Of a stretch of DNA of 64,000 nt, positions 19,915-33,034 are shown in pieces; position 1 is the first letter of the stretch; every line of letters begins with the position of its first letter. Location of the stretch: assembly GCA_034780895.1 (NCBI GenBank), contig JAUZTB010000068.1, forward strand, positions 14,235,140 to 14,299,139, read 5' to 3'. The stretch comes from Rhynchobatus australiae. Its lineage: Eukaryota. Both the position numbers and the translations under genes were made by a program. The notes below the pieces were generated by a model. The model had not been told where the DNA came from. It saw only the letters and a program-made list of their open reading frames with translations, and did not search any database.

Positions 19915-20315
19915 GTGGAATGAAAATCAAAATTGTTGTACATACTCAGCAGATCAGTCAGCATCTGTGGAATGAGAAACATTTCAGGTCAGTTACCTTT
20001 CATCAGAGATAGGAAAGCTAGAAATCAAACACGGCTTAAGTTGTACAGAAGTACAAGCGTTGGAGAGATGTTTGAGACAGGGTGAAGACTATGAGAGACT
20101 GTGACAGAAATGGTGAGATGCAGGCTGAGAGAGGGCAGCAAGGCTTCTTAATCTTGGCTGATCTATTTGACCAGTTTAAATGGCAGAAGGTGCTGTACAC
20201 AAAATAAGAAGCAGTAGTTTATTGTTTGATGACCTGAAATAATATTTCTGTTTCTCTCTCCACAGATGCTGCTTGACCAGTTGTTTATCTCCAACGTGTT
20301 CTGTTTTTATTCCAG
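19915..20315. repeat. Palindromic interspersed repeat family, decayed copy with internal spacer
   Basis: tactcagcagatcagtcagcatctgtgga ... tttctctctccacagatgctgcttgacc. Confidence 0.6.
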
Positions 20316-21551
20316 TAAATAGTCTTAGATGGGGAGAAAGTGCCATGATTTGATTTAATGCTTTACTGTGGCATCCTTTGCAAATCTGTTTCTGTTCTGC
20401 AAGAGCCCTGAAATCCATCTCACCCCTTGTAACTTTAAGCCTGGGAAATGTTCCATTCTCCACACCCCCCAGCTCCAACCCCAAGACCTCCACTAGCTGG
20501 AGGTGCCACGATATTCAGTGTTGGCTAAAATTTGAGCAACGTTACTGGCAATCACCATCGGCAACCAAATAGGGAATCGTCCCCCACCATTCTGATAAAA
20601 CACTGGCCCCTCTCCAAGGCCTTGACATCTTTACTGAAGTATGGTGTCCAAAATCAGACATGATACTCCAGCTAAAATCAAATAGTGATCTTTTTAGATT
20701 TAATATTTCTTTGCTTTTATAATTTGTGTTCTTGATGAAACAAAGGATGCTCGTGTGCCTTTCCAATATGCTACCACCTTCAAAGATTTCTGCGCATAAT
20801 ATCCCATTCTTCGAATCTTGAATCCCTTTCAAAATTAACCATTTAGTTTCTATTACTTCGTATATGTCCTTCCAAAATCTATCATTTCATACTACCCTGT
20901 ATAAATTTTATCTGCCACATATCCACCTAATTTATCCATAGATCTGTACATGGCATCATTCCAAGCTGACAATGCAAAGATACCCTCTTTCTTTTACCCC
21001 AGCTGATTTGTTTAAGCCATTATTCTACTCCTGCTGCACCTCTCATGAGCAGAATTTGGACACTTTCGCATTTTCACACAGTCTCTGCTAGGATTCACAG
21101 AGCTCTTCAGAAAACAGGCTGTACTCTAAAAGCTATTGTTCAAACTGAGTTCAGACAGAGTTCAAAGTGAGGCAGAGACGTAAGCTGTTAAGAAAAAGAC
21201 TGGATAAAAGGGGAAGTGCAATAAAAGCAGAAAATGATTTGCCCCCAGCCTCACTGTAAAAGGAATACCCAGACGTTCAAATCTATTTGACCAGCAACTG
21301 CAAGACATGGGGAGAAATGTTGAGGGAATAGGACAGGGAGAAGAAATCATCTGATCGACTTGGCTTAAGATTTAAGAAAGGCCACCAGTAATTAGGAAGA
21401 GGAAGAGCAAATAAAGTGTGAGCAATAATCGTGCACGGAGAGATTGGCATTAATTGGAGAGGGAGTTATCAGTACTAATTGGAAGCAGTAGTGTCAGTAC
21501 TAATGGGCAGAAGAGGGTGGCTACATTAGCAGAGAAAACAGTGTCAGAACT

Positions 21552-22230
21552 GGAATTGGAATTGGCTGGAATTGGTTTAATAATTGTCACATGTACCCAG
21601 ATACAGTGAAAAGCTTTTGTTGGCGTGCCATCCAGACAGATCATTCCATATATTTGTACATCAAGGTAATAAAAAGGAAAACAGAATGCAGAACATAGTG
21701 TTACAGTTACAGAGAAAGTGCAGTGGAGGTAGACAGACAAAGTGCAAAGGCCACAACATGATAGATTGGGAGCTCAAGAGTTCATCTACATGCGTATGAG
21801 ATGTCCTTTCAAGAGTCTTATAACAGCCTGAGAGCTGTCCTTGAGCCTGGTGGTATGTGCTCTCAAGCTTTTGTATCTTCTGCCTGATAGAAGGGGCAGA
21901 AGAGAGAATCACCAGGGTGGGAAGGTCCTTGATTATGTAAATGGAATCAATGGAGGCGAGGCTGGTTTGTGTGACGGATTGGGCTGCATTCACAACTTTC
22001 TGCAATTTCTTGTGGTCTTGGGCAGAGCAGTTGCCATACCAAGCTGTGATACATCTGGATAGGATACTTTCTATGGTGCATCCATAAAAATTGGTGAAGG
22101 TCATCAGGGACATACCGAATTTCCTTAGCCTTCTGAGGAAGTAGAGTTGCCGGTGTGCTTTCTTGGCCATACAGTCCACTTGGCTGGACCAGGACAAATT
22201 GTTGGTGATATTTACACCTAGGAACTTGAA
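21552..22230 (-). mobile_element. Rex1/Babar-type LINE, 5'-truncated
   Basis: ORF 21661-22392 contains SFKFLGVNITNNLSWS..KKA..LYFLRRLRKFGMS..FY..TIESILS.CITAWYGNC, the Rex1-type RT C-terminus. Ends in a CCAATT-type repeat tail. Confidence 0.9.
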
Positions 22231-22689
22231 GGACAGAAGAGTGTCAGCAGTAACTGTGCAGAGGAAGATGTCATTATTAACTGGGCAAAGGAAGCTGACG
22301 GTAACAATGACAGAGAAGACAGTAAAACCTCCAGCACAAATAGATGAAATAAGTACAATGGAGACTCTACATTTTTTATCACAAAGTAACAAGTGAGGCT
22401 CTCCTCAGTATGTCTTAGGATACTGCTTCATGATTTCCAGGTGGCCTCCCCCTGAAACAGGTAGGTTCTTTATCCACCCTTCTCAGGACCCCAAAGTAAA
22501 TGTGGCAGCAACACTTGCACAAAGCAAATCACTGAGAGTCAGCTCCAGAGAATCACCTGGCTACAGAGACTTTATTATTTCATAGGAACCGTTCCAACTC
22601 AGAGAGGGCTGGTTTTCACATTAAATGGAGGCTTTGTTCACTCTCCTGAAAAAAAAGATTCCATGGTATTATCATTGAGAGAAAAGTAA

Positions 22690-22900
22690 TCCTGACCATT
22701 TTGTTTCTCACAACCTAACCTACAATAGCAGATTCTCTGGATCATGCTCATAAAGCTGGTTGTGGAATCTTGCTGTGTGCAAATGGCTGCTCTGGTTTTT
22801 ACACTAGAACAGTGATTACAATTCAAAAGCATTTGATTGACCTTGAAGTGTTTTAGGATGACCTGAGGTCATGAAAGGCATTATATTTTTAAAGCAGTCT
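22690..22900 (+). mobile_element. DeuSINE core and 3' tail
   Basis: cagattctctggatcat..tgtggaatcttgctgtgtgcaaatggctgc..aacagtgattacaattcaaaag..ggatgacctgaggtcatgaaaggcattata. Confidence 0.7.
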
Positions 22901-23799
22901 TTCCTTTCCCTTTGATTTGCTCTTGTCTGGAGTGGGACTGAAGTCTATAACTTGCTGGCTGAAACGGGTTGGTATCACCCACTAAGCCAAGGACAGAAGC
23001 CTTTGTCCAGTAAATTAGCAAGTGCTTTGATCTGGTTTTCCCCAGTGAATAAAATGATGCAAATTGGAATGTGGCAGTTTGTGGGAGAAATCAAATTGTA
23101 TGCAAATCTCTAATTGATTAAGCTGTTCACAGAATCACAGAATGATTGTAGTACGGAAGAAGGACATTTCATCTGGGTTGTATAGTCCTGAAAATTCTTA
23201 CACTGGAAGACTTTGATAAACCTGTAGAAATGTTGTCTAAATGACAAATGAATATAAATGAGTGTAAGGTTGAGGTTATTTTCTTTTTATTGCCCATTTT
23301 ACTCCATCTTTCTTCAAATGGCAAACCCGAGATTGGGACTGTATTCCTTGAAGTTTGGAAGAAAGAATTCTTTCATAGAAAGCATAAGGAAGACACATAC
23401 TCCTTGGAAAATAGTTGTCTAAATAGATTAAGTGAGCAGAGGCTTTCAGAGGTACAGATACGCCGATTGTTAAAAATAGCAACAGGTTCATAAGGCAATA
23501 AAAAGACAGAGAGACAAGGAGTCTCATTTCTAAATGTTTAAAGATGGGGAAAAAAACAGACATGATGTTAAACTTGCAGAGAATCTTCTTTCTGTTTTGT
23601 AAGACAGTGATTTGCATCTTGATGGTTAAACATTGTCTGGTGTGTCCCACTCTTGGTGGCCATCTCCATTGTACTTGCTTCAAAGGAAGGTGCGGTAGGT
23701 ACAAATTTTGTTGGTTTTCTCTAGGTTCCCTTCTCAGCCAACTGAGCTTTCTGTTTCTCCTCAGTTATTTCAATGCACTGCTGAAAAGACAGTCTCTGA

Positions 23800-25420
23800 T
23801 GGTCCTGACAATCAGTGGCCATCTCTCAGTTGTCTCTCAAGGCTATCGTCTTCATATCTTGTCGTCCAGCAGGTCGTGACCCAGTAGGCAGCTCATCAGA
23901 ATATCCATGGAAATACAGCTGTCTTCTACCAAAGAAAGTCATTGGCTTAGCAACGAATGTATGCTGATAAATTAGATGTTCCAGGAATCTAACTTGTTGA
24001 CCTTGTCCTACCAGGATGTTCCTGGGAATGAAAGTGGTAATGATTAAGCCATAGCCCATGCCTTGCAAATGCTGTCCAGGCCTCACTGCTGTTGAGGAGT
24101 GTAATGAGGGCATGGGCTTGAAGTTGCAGGTTGGTGTTCCATATCAAGTTGGTGTTGGTTAACAGTTTCTTTCTTTGCTTAGACATGGTAGCTGCAGTTT
24201 TTGCAATATGCATGTGCGTGTGTCTTCACTTCAGTNNNNNNNNNNGCACGTTCTGAAGAGAGCTAAAGAACATGCAGAATTGAAAAGGTCAAATTTTATT
24301 TTCTGAGCATCATTTTGTGAATTAAATCAAATGAACATGTTTTATATAGCCCACAGATGGATCCTAACTTGTTCAAGGACCCCCATAATAGGTCGCTTTT
24401 AAGCCCCTTCTCTATGAGCATTGTTCTACTCTATTCGAGTTGGTTTGGTTCTGCATAGTGTGCGTGTGTCTTCATTTCAGTATCAAGTGACAGATTTGCT
24501 AGTGATTGTGGAGTCTCGATATGTAAAGCTGTAAATGTCATGATGCTGAGGTCAAAATGTCAGGGCACTACCAGAGCATTGAATGGAGATGGTTACAGCT
24601 TTACATATCGAGCTTTACATATTTACAAATCCAAACTCCTTAAATATTAAGAGTCTGTCCATTCCTGCTGAAGGTGCTCCTCAGTCCTCAGTATGGAATG
24701 CTCGTATGGCATCATTCCCACAAAGCAACGAGGACTGATACACTTTTGTCTTGGTTCTCAGGTAGGCAAGGCTGAACAGCTTTCTATCACTTCTGGTGTG
24801 TATATAGACACCCTCTGTGGATGAGCTGAAGGCATATGACCACAGCGGTGACAATATGCTGAAGAGCGTCAGTGCCAGAATGTAACCCAGTTTGACTCTG
24901 CTGCAGATCTCAAGGGGTGTTGATGTAACCCTGTCACAGTTGATCTTGCCCCCTGTGTTGCCATGAAAGAAATAAATCAGACTGAGCAGCTTTGGCTGCC
25001 AGCCAATAGGCTTCAACAGTTTGAGTAAATTGCCCTTCATGTTTTGAGGATGTTCATTATGGCAACACATTATGGTTTTGATCTTCTTGCAACTCATGAA
25101 CTGTGCATTTCTCACTTCTACAACCACTATGGAAACTGGGTAAACATATTCTGCCAAAATCTGTTCTGGCCAGGACAACATAAGCATATACTTTCCCTGC
25201 ACACACAATGGGGAAATGGCTTGATAATTGCTAACATCATTGTTGTCTTTCATGTTCTGATACAAGATTGTGATCTTGGTGTCCCACATCTTGTGACCTT
25301 GTACAAGAACAAGGACAACTAAAGTGACTGTAACAACAACCAAGGCATTTCCTGTTGAGCGTCCCCTTTGTCTGAAGAAAAGATTCCTTGTGGACTTTTC
25401 AAAGCTTTGACATTTTTGAA
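23800..25420 (-). mobile_element. Decayed, rearranged RTE-clade LINE (RT region)
   Basis: ORF 24681-25448 has KITILY..K..D.SNYQAIS, and RVKLGYILALTLFSI..AFSSSTEGVYIHTRSD.KLFSLA.LRTKTKV. It continues as IAKTAATMSK..SEAWT at 24213-24070. Confidence 0.8.
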
Positions 25421-26654
25421 ACAAGTTGCGTGTCAGAAGGAGATACACTTCTGACCAGTGTGAACATTGTAGTACAATGACTGGAGCTAATGATCTACCC
25501 TGCTGCTTCCCAATTGCTACGCCTCCCTGCTACCCCTTTCAAATATGTCCTTACCTTTGGCTTGGTCGAGTCCGGTCTCCTGCTGCCTTTGGAGGAGCTG
25601 GAGTGGCTTTGACACAGCCTGTTGCCATGGAGATTGGGACTGAGAAAGACATCAAGTAGCAGGAACAACATGAGGTACACAGTCTCAAAGCACAAAGGAA
25701 GCTCTCGCTGCTATCCAGTGTATTAAATAGGAGTGTCATCTGAAACAAAATACACTCAGTTAAAGGTGGAGATAATATAGGATAGGGGACCAATGAGATT
25801 TGTTTTTACGTATGATTTAAAAGAGGAAAGAGAGATGCAAAGAGATTCAGGAAGGGAAATACAGTGTTTAAAGTCTTGGGAGCTGAGAGGGATGTGTGTA
25901 TGAAATGGAGGAACCCAGAAATTCATGAAACATGGATGTGTTTTATCGCCATGAAATGTATGAGAATCATTTTCTTTTCCATTAGTGGAGCAGAAATTGA
26001 ACAGTTTTACCCAGATGTGCATCAAATTCCATCATCTACTTTGGAGATCCTTCCATCTTGTCCATGGGCGTGTGACATTTGGGTCATTCCTTGGATAACC
26101 ATGTTTTACCCTGAAGTGGGACACCACCCACTTAAGTCCTATTATATCCCTCCTGTTTCTTGGGCCGCTGCCCCCATGATACTGAACGCTCCCTCCATCA
26201 TCAGATGTCCTGGTTGGCACAGGCCCTGACCCCAGCCATCTGATTGGCTGCCCTAATCTGCAGTTGGCCTGGTTCCTTGACTCCTGACCCACCAACTCCT
26301 CAATCCCTAACCTTCCGAAACCCTCAGTTTCTCAATCGAGGCCCATTCTGACCCCCACCCCTCCACTCTCACAAGAATGAAGTCCAGCCAGCTGCCACCT
26401 CCTCCCTGACACCAACCCTCACTCCCCTCCCTATCCCTGCTTGACCCCAAGGATAGCCTGAATCCTAGAAACCATATTTTCCTTTGCAGAATCAGCAGTG
26501 AAGGGAGATATGCAACAGCTGTTCATGTGGTGAAGTCTGCGACAATGGGCTGGTCTCAGGAATTGGTGACAGGAAACAATAACTGCTGGTGCACCACATA
26601 ACAACTCTCTGGAGCATCTATTGGAGTTCCAAACTAGTTCCAGTCCCTGATTCT

Positions 26655-26775
26655 TGACTCCTGATGAAGGGTCTTGGCCTGAAACATTGACTGTTTATTT
26701 CCCTCCACAGGTGCTGCCTGACCTGTTGAGTTCCTCCAGCATTTTGTGTGTGTTGCTCCAGATTCCAGCATCTGC
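26655..26775. repeat. Single arm of the palindromic repeat family
   Basis: ctgatgaagggtct..cctgaaacattgactg..ccacaggtgctgcctgacctgttgagttcctccagc..ttgctccagattccagcatctgc. Confidence 0.75.
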
Positions 26776-27019
26776 CCATGCACACACTTGTCCATTCTTT
26801 CTGCATCTCATTTGGAGTCTATTACTATCCCTCTCACGGTTCACTGAGCCTCTCAGGTGTCTCCAGTTCTTAGAAGTTCGCAGGGCTAGAGAAGATCACA
26901 GAGATTAGGTGGGAATGAGCCCTTAAAGGGATTTGAATGCTTGGGGCTTCATAAACATCGGAAGATACTGAAGGATATATTTACTTTGGATTAAGTGCTG
27001 TGCATTTTTCATTAGCTCT

Positions 27020-28300
27020 GAGTAGCTGGATAGGCATATGGAGGAATGTGGGATAGAGGGATATGCAGGAGGAAAGGGTTTGATAGTGTGAGGTGTGGAT
27101 TGAAGGCCGGCACAACACGATGGGCCGAAGGGCCTGTTTTGTGCTGTATTGTTCTATGGTTCTATTCTATAGTTAAATTGTTAAGTAACTCTGTTTAAGG
27201 AAATGGAGAGTAATAATGAAATGTTATTTATCATACAGTTGGGAAGGGACACTCTGGTGTTCCCCAGGGGGTGGTTGTAGGACCACTGTTTTCCTTAATG
27301 ATTTTGGATTCAGGTGTACAGGATACAGTCTCCAAATTTTCAGATGGCATGAAACATGGAAGCTCAGTGAACCGTGAGAGGGATAGTAATAGACTCCAAA
27401 TGAGATACAGAAAGAATGGACAAGTGAGTGCATGGGTAGCAGATGTAATTCAGTGTTGAGACATTTCGTGTTAGTGTGTTGCATTTTGGTAGGGAAAATG
27501 AGAAGAGAAAATCTAAATTAGATGGCACGTTTCTGAAAGGGGTACAAAAACAGGGAAATGGGACTGGGTGTAAGCCCACTGTTACAAGTGGTGTACTTAG
27601 TGCAGGGTAGTTTGAGAAAGTGGGGGTTAAAACACATGGGATCCTGGGCTTTGTAACAGCGGCACAAGGTGCAAGAACAAAGGGGTCATAATGAACTTTT
27701 ATGAAGCACTGGCTTGACTACAACCGAAGTATTGTGTTTAATTCTGGGTGCCACACTATTGCAAAAGCATTAGTGAGGTATTTCCTAAAATGAATCCAGG
27801 AATGAGGGATATTAGTTACATGGATAGACTGAGGAAGAGAAGATACTGTGAGGGGATTTGATAATATTTAAAATCATGGGGAGTAGAGACAGTGCAGAAA
27901 GGGAGCTGTTCCCACTAGAAAAAATGTCAAGCATGTGGGGACAAAGAATGAAGATGATTGGCAGAAGAGGCAGAAGTGTTATGAGGAAAAACCTGCTTAA
28001 GCTCCAAGTGGTTGGGGTCTGGAATGCACTGACAGGGGTAGTAGTGAAGGAAGATTCAATTGTCGTGTCTTCTTTTAATTGGATCAGTAGTTGAAAGGAA
28101 AGAATTTGCAGGACTCTGGATCAGAGGGACNNNNNNNNNNNNNNNNNNNNNNNNNNNNNNNNNNNNNNNNNNNNNNNNNNNNNNNNNNNNNNNNNNNNNN
28201 NNNNNNNNNNNNNNNNNNNNNNNNNNNNNNAAAGGGAAGAATTTGCAGGACTCTGGATCAGAGGGACTAGTCGGTGTCTCTTGTGATGCAACCATTCCGT
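27020..28300 (+). mobile_element. CR1-type 3' end (27020-27170) plus a decayed CR1 ORF2 3' fragment
   Basis: Tail tgggccgaagggcctgttttgtgctgtattgttctatggttcta. GVPQG-like ggtgttccccagggg. Downstream gtattgtgtttaattctgggtgccacacta (EYC..FW.P). Confidence 0.75.
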
Positions 28301-29649
28301 GCTTCTGAGAAGATTTTGGCATTTAATGCGCACTCACGTCAACATTTGTGCAGAACTATAAAACAAGCTGGTGAGAGGATAAAGGAAGGGTGGAGGATTT
28401 GAATCCCAATGTTTGCATTCGGTAACTCTGTTGAAAACTGATTCTGAAGCAACCGTGTTCATGTGGCTGTGTAACCCATGGAACCATGAATGGTGAAAGC
28501 TTGTTGACTCATTGTGGCTCACTGGTATGCATTATCCCTCCCTCCCATATTTGGACAGCTTAAAATTCGAAATTTACTTTGGCTATTGACGCTGGAAATC
28601 AGAGAGTAAATACAACACCATTGGAATCATTCAAAAGTTGTTTGCTGTACTATTCTTTCTAGGTGGGTAGGCGTTGGGAGGGGACAATCTGTGGGCAATT
28701 TCAATTAAGCTCATGGGTGCACAGTTTCTGAGCCCCAGAGGTTAAATTTCATTCTCACTGGGGACTGGAGCATTGCAGTTGAGAGGTGGTGTGAGAGGCC
28801 ACAAGGCCCAGAGCTGAGTCAGAGACTGGACTTTCAGAAGATATAGAATAACAGAGGAATAAGTTGTTCAGCCCAACCTACCTGTGTCAGCCTTTATTCA
28901 CCCACAAGCAGCACCATATTCCCATTTAAAATAAAACAGAAAATTCTGGAAATACTCAGCGAGTCGAGCAGCATCTTTGGAGAGACAAACAGAGTCAGCG
29001 CAAAGGTGCAACAGGTTGTGCAGCTGCCTCACTGCTGCAGCCACAGGGGGTGCATTCAATTTCAGTCATTGACATCTGTGGGGAAGGCAGGGAAGAAGCA
29101 TCAGGTTCAACTCTGGTGTCAGGAGCCCGAGAAAAATGGGAGAGGTGTGGGTTTTAAGCTTTCAGAGTTGGTGCGGAGCATTAAAGGTGTACAAGGTTAT
29201 GACAGGAGATAGGAATGATGCCTGGAATAAAGGACTTTGGCTATGTTGTTCTCCTACGTTGAGCGAAGAACTGACAGAATAGAGTAGATTGAAGGGAACT
29301 GTTCCCCTTGGAGGAAGGATCAAGAATCAAGTTGAACGTAACAGACAAAGGAATCAATAATGACATGAGGACTCTTTTTTTCACATGAATAGTTGGAGTC
29401 TGGAATGTGCTGCTTAGGTAGTGGGGACAGTTTGGATCATGGCATTCAAGAAAAAACTGGATAAGTACATGAAGGGAAAAAGAACTTGGGCAGAGGACAA
29501 GCTAATGAGATCAGCCGGATTTCTCTTGAATAAAGCCAATATAGACTCAGTGGGCTTAATAGGCTCCTTCCACGATGTAACCTTTCTGTAATTCTGTGTA
29601 AAGGCTAATCCAGAAGGATGCTTTAAATTAAGCCATAGAAGTGGAACTT

Positions 29650-29935
29650 GTAGAACATCATGGACACAACCCTTCCTACCATCAAGGACATCTTCAAGAG
29701 GCCGTGCCTCAAGAAGGTGGCATCCATCGCTGAGGAACCCCATCATCCGGGACATACCCTCTTCTCGTTCCTACCATCAGAAAGGAGGCACAGGGACCTG
29801 AAGACCCACACTCAATGATTCAGGAGCAGCTTCTTCCCCTCTGCCATCAGATTTCTGAACAGTCTATGAACTCATGTTCCTTTTTATTTTGCACTATTTA
29901 TTTATTTTGTAATTTATAGTTTTTTATGTCTTTGG
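29650..29935 (+). mobile_element. Rex1/Babar-type LINE 3' fragment
   Basis: tgcctcaagaaggtggcatccatc..cccatcatccgggacataccctcttctc..ctaccatcag..ctgaagacccacact, followed by an AT-rich tail. Confidence 0.8.
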
Positions 29936-29937
29936 TA

Positions 29938-30165
29938 AAATATCTTTATTAGTCACATGCACATCAAAACACACAGTGAAATACATCTTTTGTGTAGAGT
30001 GTTCTGAGGGCAGCCCGCAAGTGTCGCCATGCTTCTGGCACCAACATAGCACACCCACAACTTCCTAACCTGTACATCTTTAGAATGTGGGAGGAAACCA
30101 GATCACCTGGAGAAAAGCCAGGCTGACATGGGGAGAGCATACAAACTCCTTACAGACAGTGTGTC
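29938..30165 (-). mobile_element. V-SINE copy with Rex1-like 3' tail
   Basis: Near-identical to 16588-16810. Confidence 0.85.
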
Positions 30166-31048
30166 ACAATGTTGATCAAGAGCAAACTCACAGAGAACCC
30201 AAATGCAGCACACCGATACAAGACTGGAGTCAGGATNNNNNNNNNNNNNNNNNNNNNNNNNNNNNNNNNNNNNNNNNNNNNNNNNNNNNNNNNNNNNNNN
30301 NNNNNNNNNNNNNNNNNNNNNNNNNNNNNNNNNNNNNNNNNNNNNNNNNNNNNNNNNNNNNNNNNNNNNNNNNNNNNNNNNNNNNNNNNNNNNNNNNNNN
30401 NNNNNNNNNNNNNNNNNNNNNNNNNNNNNNNNNNNNNNNNNNNNNNNNNNNNNNNNNNNNNNNNNNNNNNNNNNNNNNNNNNNNNNNNNNNNNNNNNNNN
30501 NNNNNNNNNNNNNNNNNNNNNNNNNNNNNNNNNNNNNNNNNNNNNNNNNNNNNNNNNNNNNNNNNNNNNNNNNNNNNNNNNNNNNNNNNNNNNNNNNNNN
30601 NNNNNNNNNNNNNNNNNNNNNNNNNNNNNNNNNNNNNNNNNNNNNNNNNNNNNNNNNNNNNNNNNNNNNNNNNNNNNNNNNNNNNNNNNNNNNNNNNNNN
30701 NNNNNNNNNNNNNNNNNNNNNNNNNNNNNNNNNNNNNNNNNNNNNNNNNNNNNNNNNNNNNNNNNNNNNNNNNNNNNNNNNNNNNNNNNNNNNNNNNNNN
30801 NNNNNNNNNNNNNNNNNNNNNNNNNNNNNNNNNNNNNNNNNNNNNNNNNNNNNNNNNNNNNNNNNNNNNNNNNNNNNNNNNNNNNNNNNNNNNNNNNNNN
30901 NNNNNNNNNNNNNNAATACTGCAGTTTTCAGGTTATTGCAAAACAGAGATCATTGGGAGCAGCAGAGATGAACGAGGGGGGGGTGGGGGGGTGGGGGGAG
31001 GGAATTAAAATGGACTCAAGGTTGACGGAAAGGGAAAAAAAAGTGATA

Positions 31049-31120
31049 TGGTGCCACCTGGTGTTCGCTGGAAGCAATTCAATCAGACGTTCTTAAAGCG
31101 CCACTACCCTCTTGTGGCCG
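31049..31120 (-). promoter_or_regulatory. Two tandem CTCF-like motifs in the same orientation
   Basis: The minus strand reads GAACACCAGGTGGCACCA (31066-31049) and GGCCACAAGAGGGTAGTG (31119-31102). Both resemble the CTCF core CCASYAGRKGGCRS. Confidence 0.45.
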
Positions 31121-32271
31121 ATTAATGCAATAAAACTGGGACTAATCAGTGGCCAAGATTTTGCAGGAGTTAGGCAGCAGGTAACCTACCCTGTAAGTTA
31201 GACATCATCTCTCACCTTTCACCTCAGAAATGCATGTTCGACCTGAAAAAGGTGTAACAGAGAAATGGAAAATCTGGGACCTCTGGGAACAATAGGACCG
31301 ACAGTCCTTAACGGGATAAATGCTGGTCATAAAGACTGACCTTCCTGGCAATACACTTATTCTAAGAGTTAATTTCGAACAGTAACTCCACATATTGGTT
31401 GCTCTTCTAGTGAAGAATTTACTGAAAACTAAAACAACTCTGCTTTGAACTTATGTCCACTAGTTCCAATCTGTGGAGGTACAAGAGACTGCAGATGCCA
31501 AAATCTGGACTTAAAAAACAAGCTGCCGGTGGAACACAGCAGGTCAAGCAGCATCTGTGGAGGAGAATGGATCTGGAATGTAGATGGTCCATTTCCCTCC
31601 ACAATTCCACTTCCATGGCTTATTTTACACCTGTATAACCCCCTGAGAGAAAACTCTGCTTCGTTATTTTATTTTCTCCAAAATTCTAAAACGAATTCAG
31701 CTATGAGACTCTAAGACCTGGAATTCCCTTCTTCAACTTCTCTGCCTCTCTCCATTTCTGTGTAACTTTATGACATTTCTCTCTTTGATCAAGCTTTTGA
31801 TCACCTGTTTTAATATCTCACTGATTGGCTCCATGTCTCATTCTGTATGAAGGGTTCCTGAACTGTCTCAAGCTGTCCATTCAATGGCTACATCATTAAA
31901 CCCTATTACAGACATTCACTTTGGTCGACTCACAGCCCTCCCACATCTTCTCTGCTACTAGGACTAACTTGCTTTCTCTCTTTCTCAGTTCTGATGAATG
32001 GTTTTTGATCTAAAGTGTTAACAATTTTTTTTCTTTTCGTGGATACTCTTGACTGGCCGAGTTCTTCCAGCATTTATTTTTGCTTCTGGACTGATTTTGT
32101 GATTTGATCAGTTCGATCTATTCCACTCCCATTTACACAGCACCCTTTTTTGGGAGGGATCAATCATGTTAGAGTTCTGCTGTACATTTTGGAGGATGAA
32201 TTTTCCTTGTAACTTTTGATCTCTATTGGACAAATTTAGTCCAATGCAAAGCAGTTTATTTTCAACATAGT

Positions 32272-32475
32272 AAAAACCTAAAATGCTGGAAATATCTCAG
32301 CAGATCAAGTAATATCTATGGGAACAGGAACAGTCAAAATTTCGGTTCTGACCAAGGATCACAGACCAAAACACTGACTGTTTCTCTTCCCACAGGTGCT
32401 GTCTTACTCACTGAATTATTCCCTCAGCATTTTCTATTTTTATTTCAGATTTCTTGCATCTGCAGTTTTGTTTTG
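32272..32475. repeat. Palindromic interspersed repeat, decayed
   Basis: aaatgctggaaatatctcagcagatca ... cccacaggtgctg..cagcattttct..tttcagatttcttgcatctgcag. Confidence 0.6.
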
Positions 32476-33034
32476 ATTTTCATTCACTTTTAACTTGCAG
32501 TGTAAATAAGTGTGAGTTCCTTTGAGTGAACTTGTCAGGGGACAGAAGAGCAGCTCAGCGAAGTCATGTGATTTCCCTTTAATATAGCCACAATCATTTC
32601 ATAGAAATGGATGTTGCTGTGCACACATTAATACATTTGCTGCATGATTTATATAGTATCAGNNNNNNNNNNNNNNNNNNNNNNNNNNNNNNNNNNNNNN
32701 NNNNNNNNNNNNNNNNNNNNNNNNNNNNNNNNNNNNNNNNNNNNNNNNNNNNNNNNNNNNNNNNNNNNNNNNNNNNNNNNNNNNNNNNNNNNNNNNNNNN
32801 NNNNNNNNNNNNNNNNNNNNNNNNNNNNNNNNNNNNNNNNNNNNNNNNNNNNNNNNNNNNNNNNNNNNNNNNNNNNNNNNNNNNNNNNNNNNNNNNNNNN
32901 NNNNNNNNNNNNNNNNNNNNNNNNNNNNNNNNNNNNNNNNNNNNNNNNNNNNNNNNNNNNNNNNNNNNNNNNNNNNNNNNNNNNACATGTTGCAGAAATC
33001 ACCATAAATGTAGTTGCTTTATCATAGAATGTCA

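Noticed and set aside
21661-22392. 243-aa ORF as a host gene (can resemble the ALKBH8 N-terminal DUF1891 region)
   Set aside because: It is a truncated Rex1-type RT C-terminus with other copies in the window and a retroposon tail.
24681-25448. 255-aa ORF as a functional gene
   Set aside because: Decayed RTE reverse transcriptase with degenerate catalytic motifs and rearranged flanks.
28094-28268. Direct repeats flanking 100-N gaps (also 19703-19830 and 41981-42132)
   Set aside because: The same sequence appears on both sides of a fixed-length gap, typical of unmerged overlapping contig ends rather than biological repeats.
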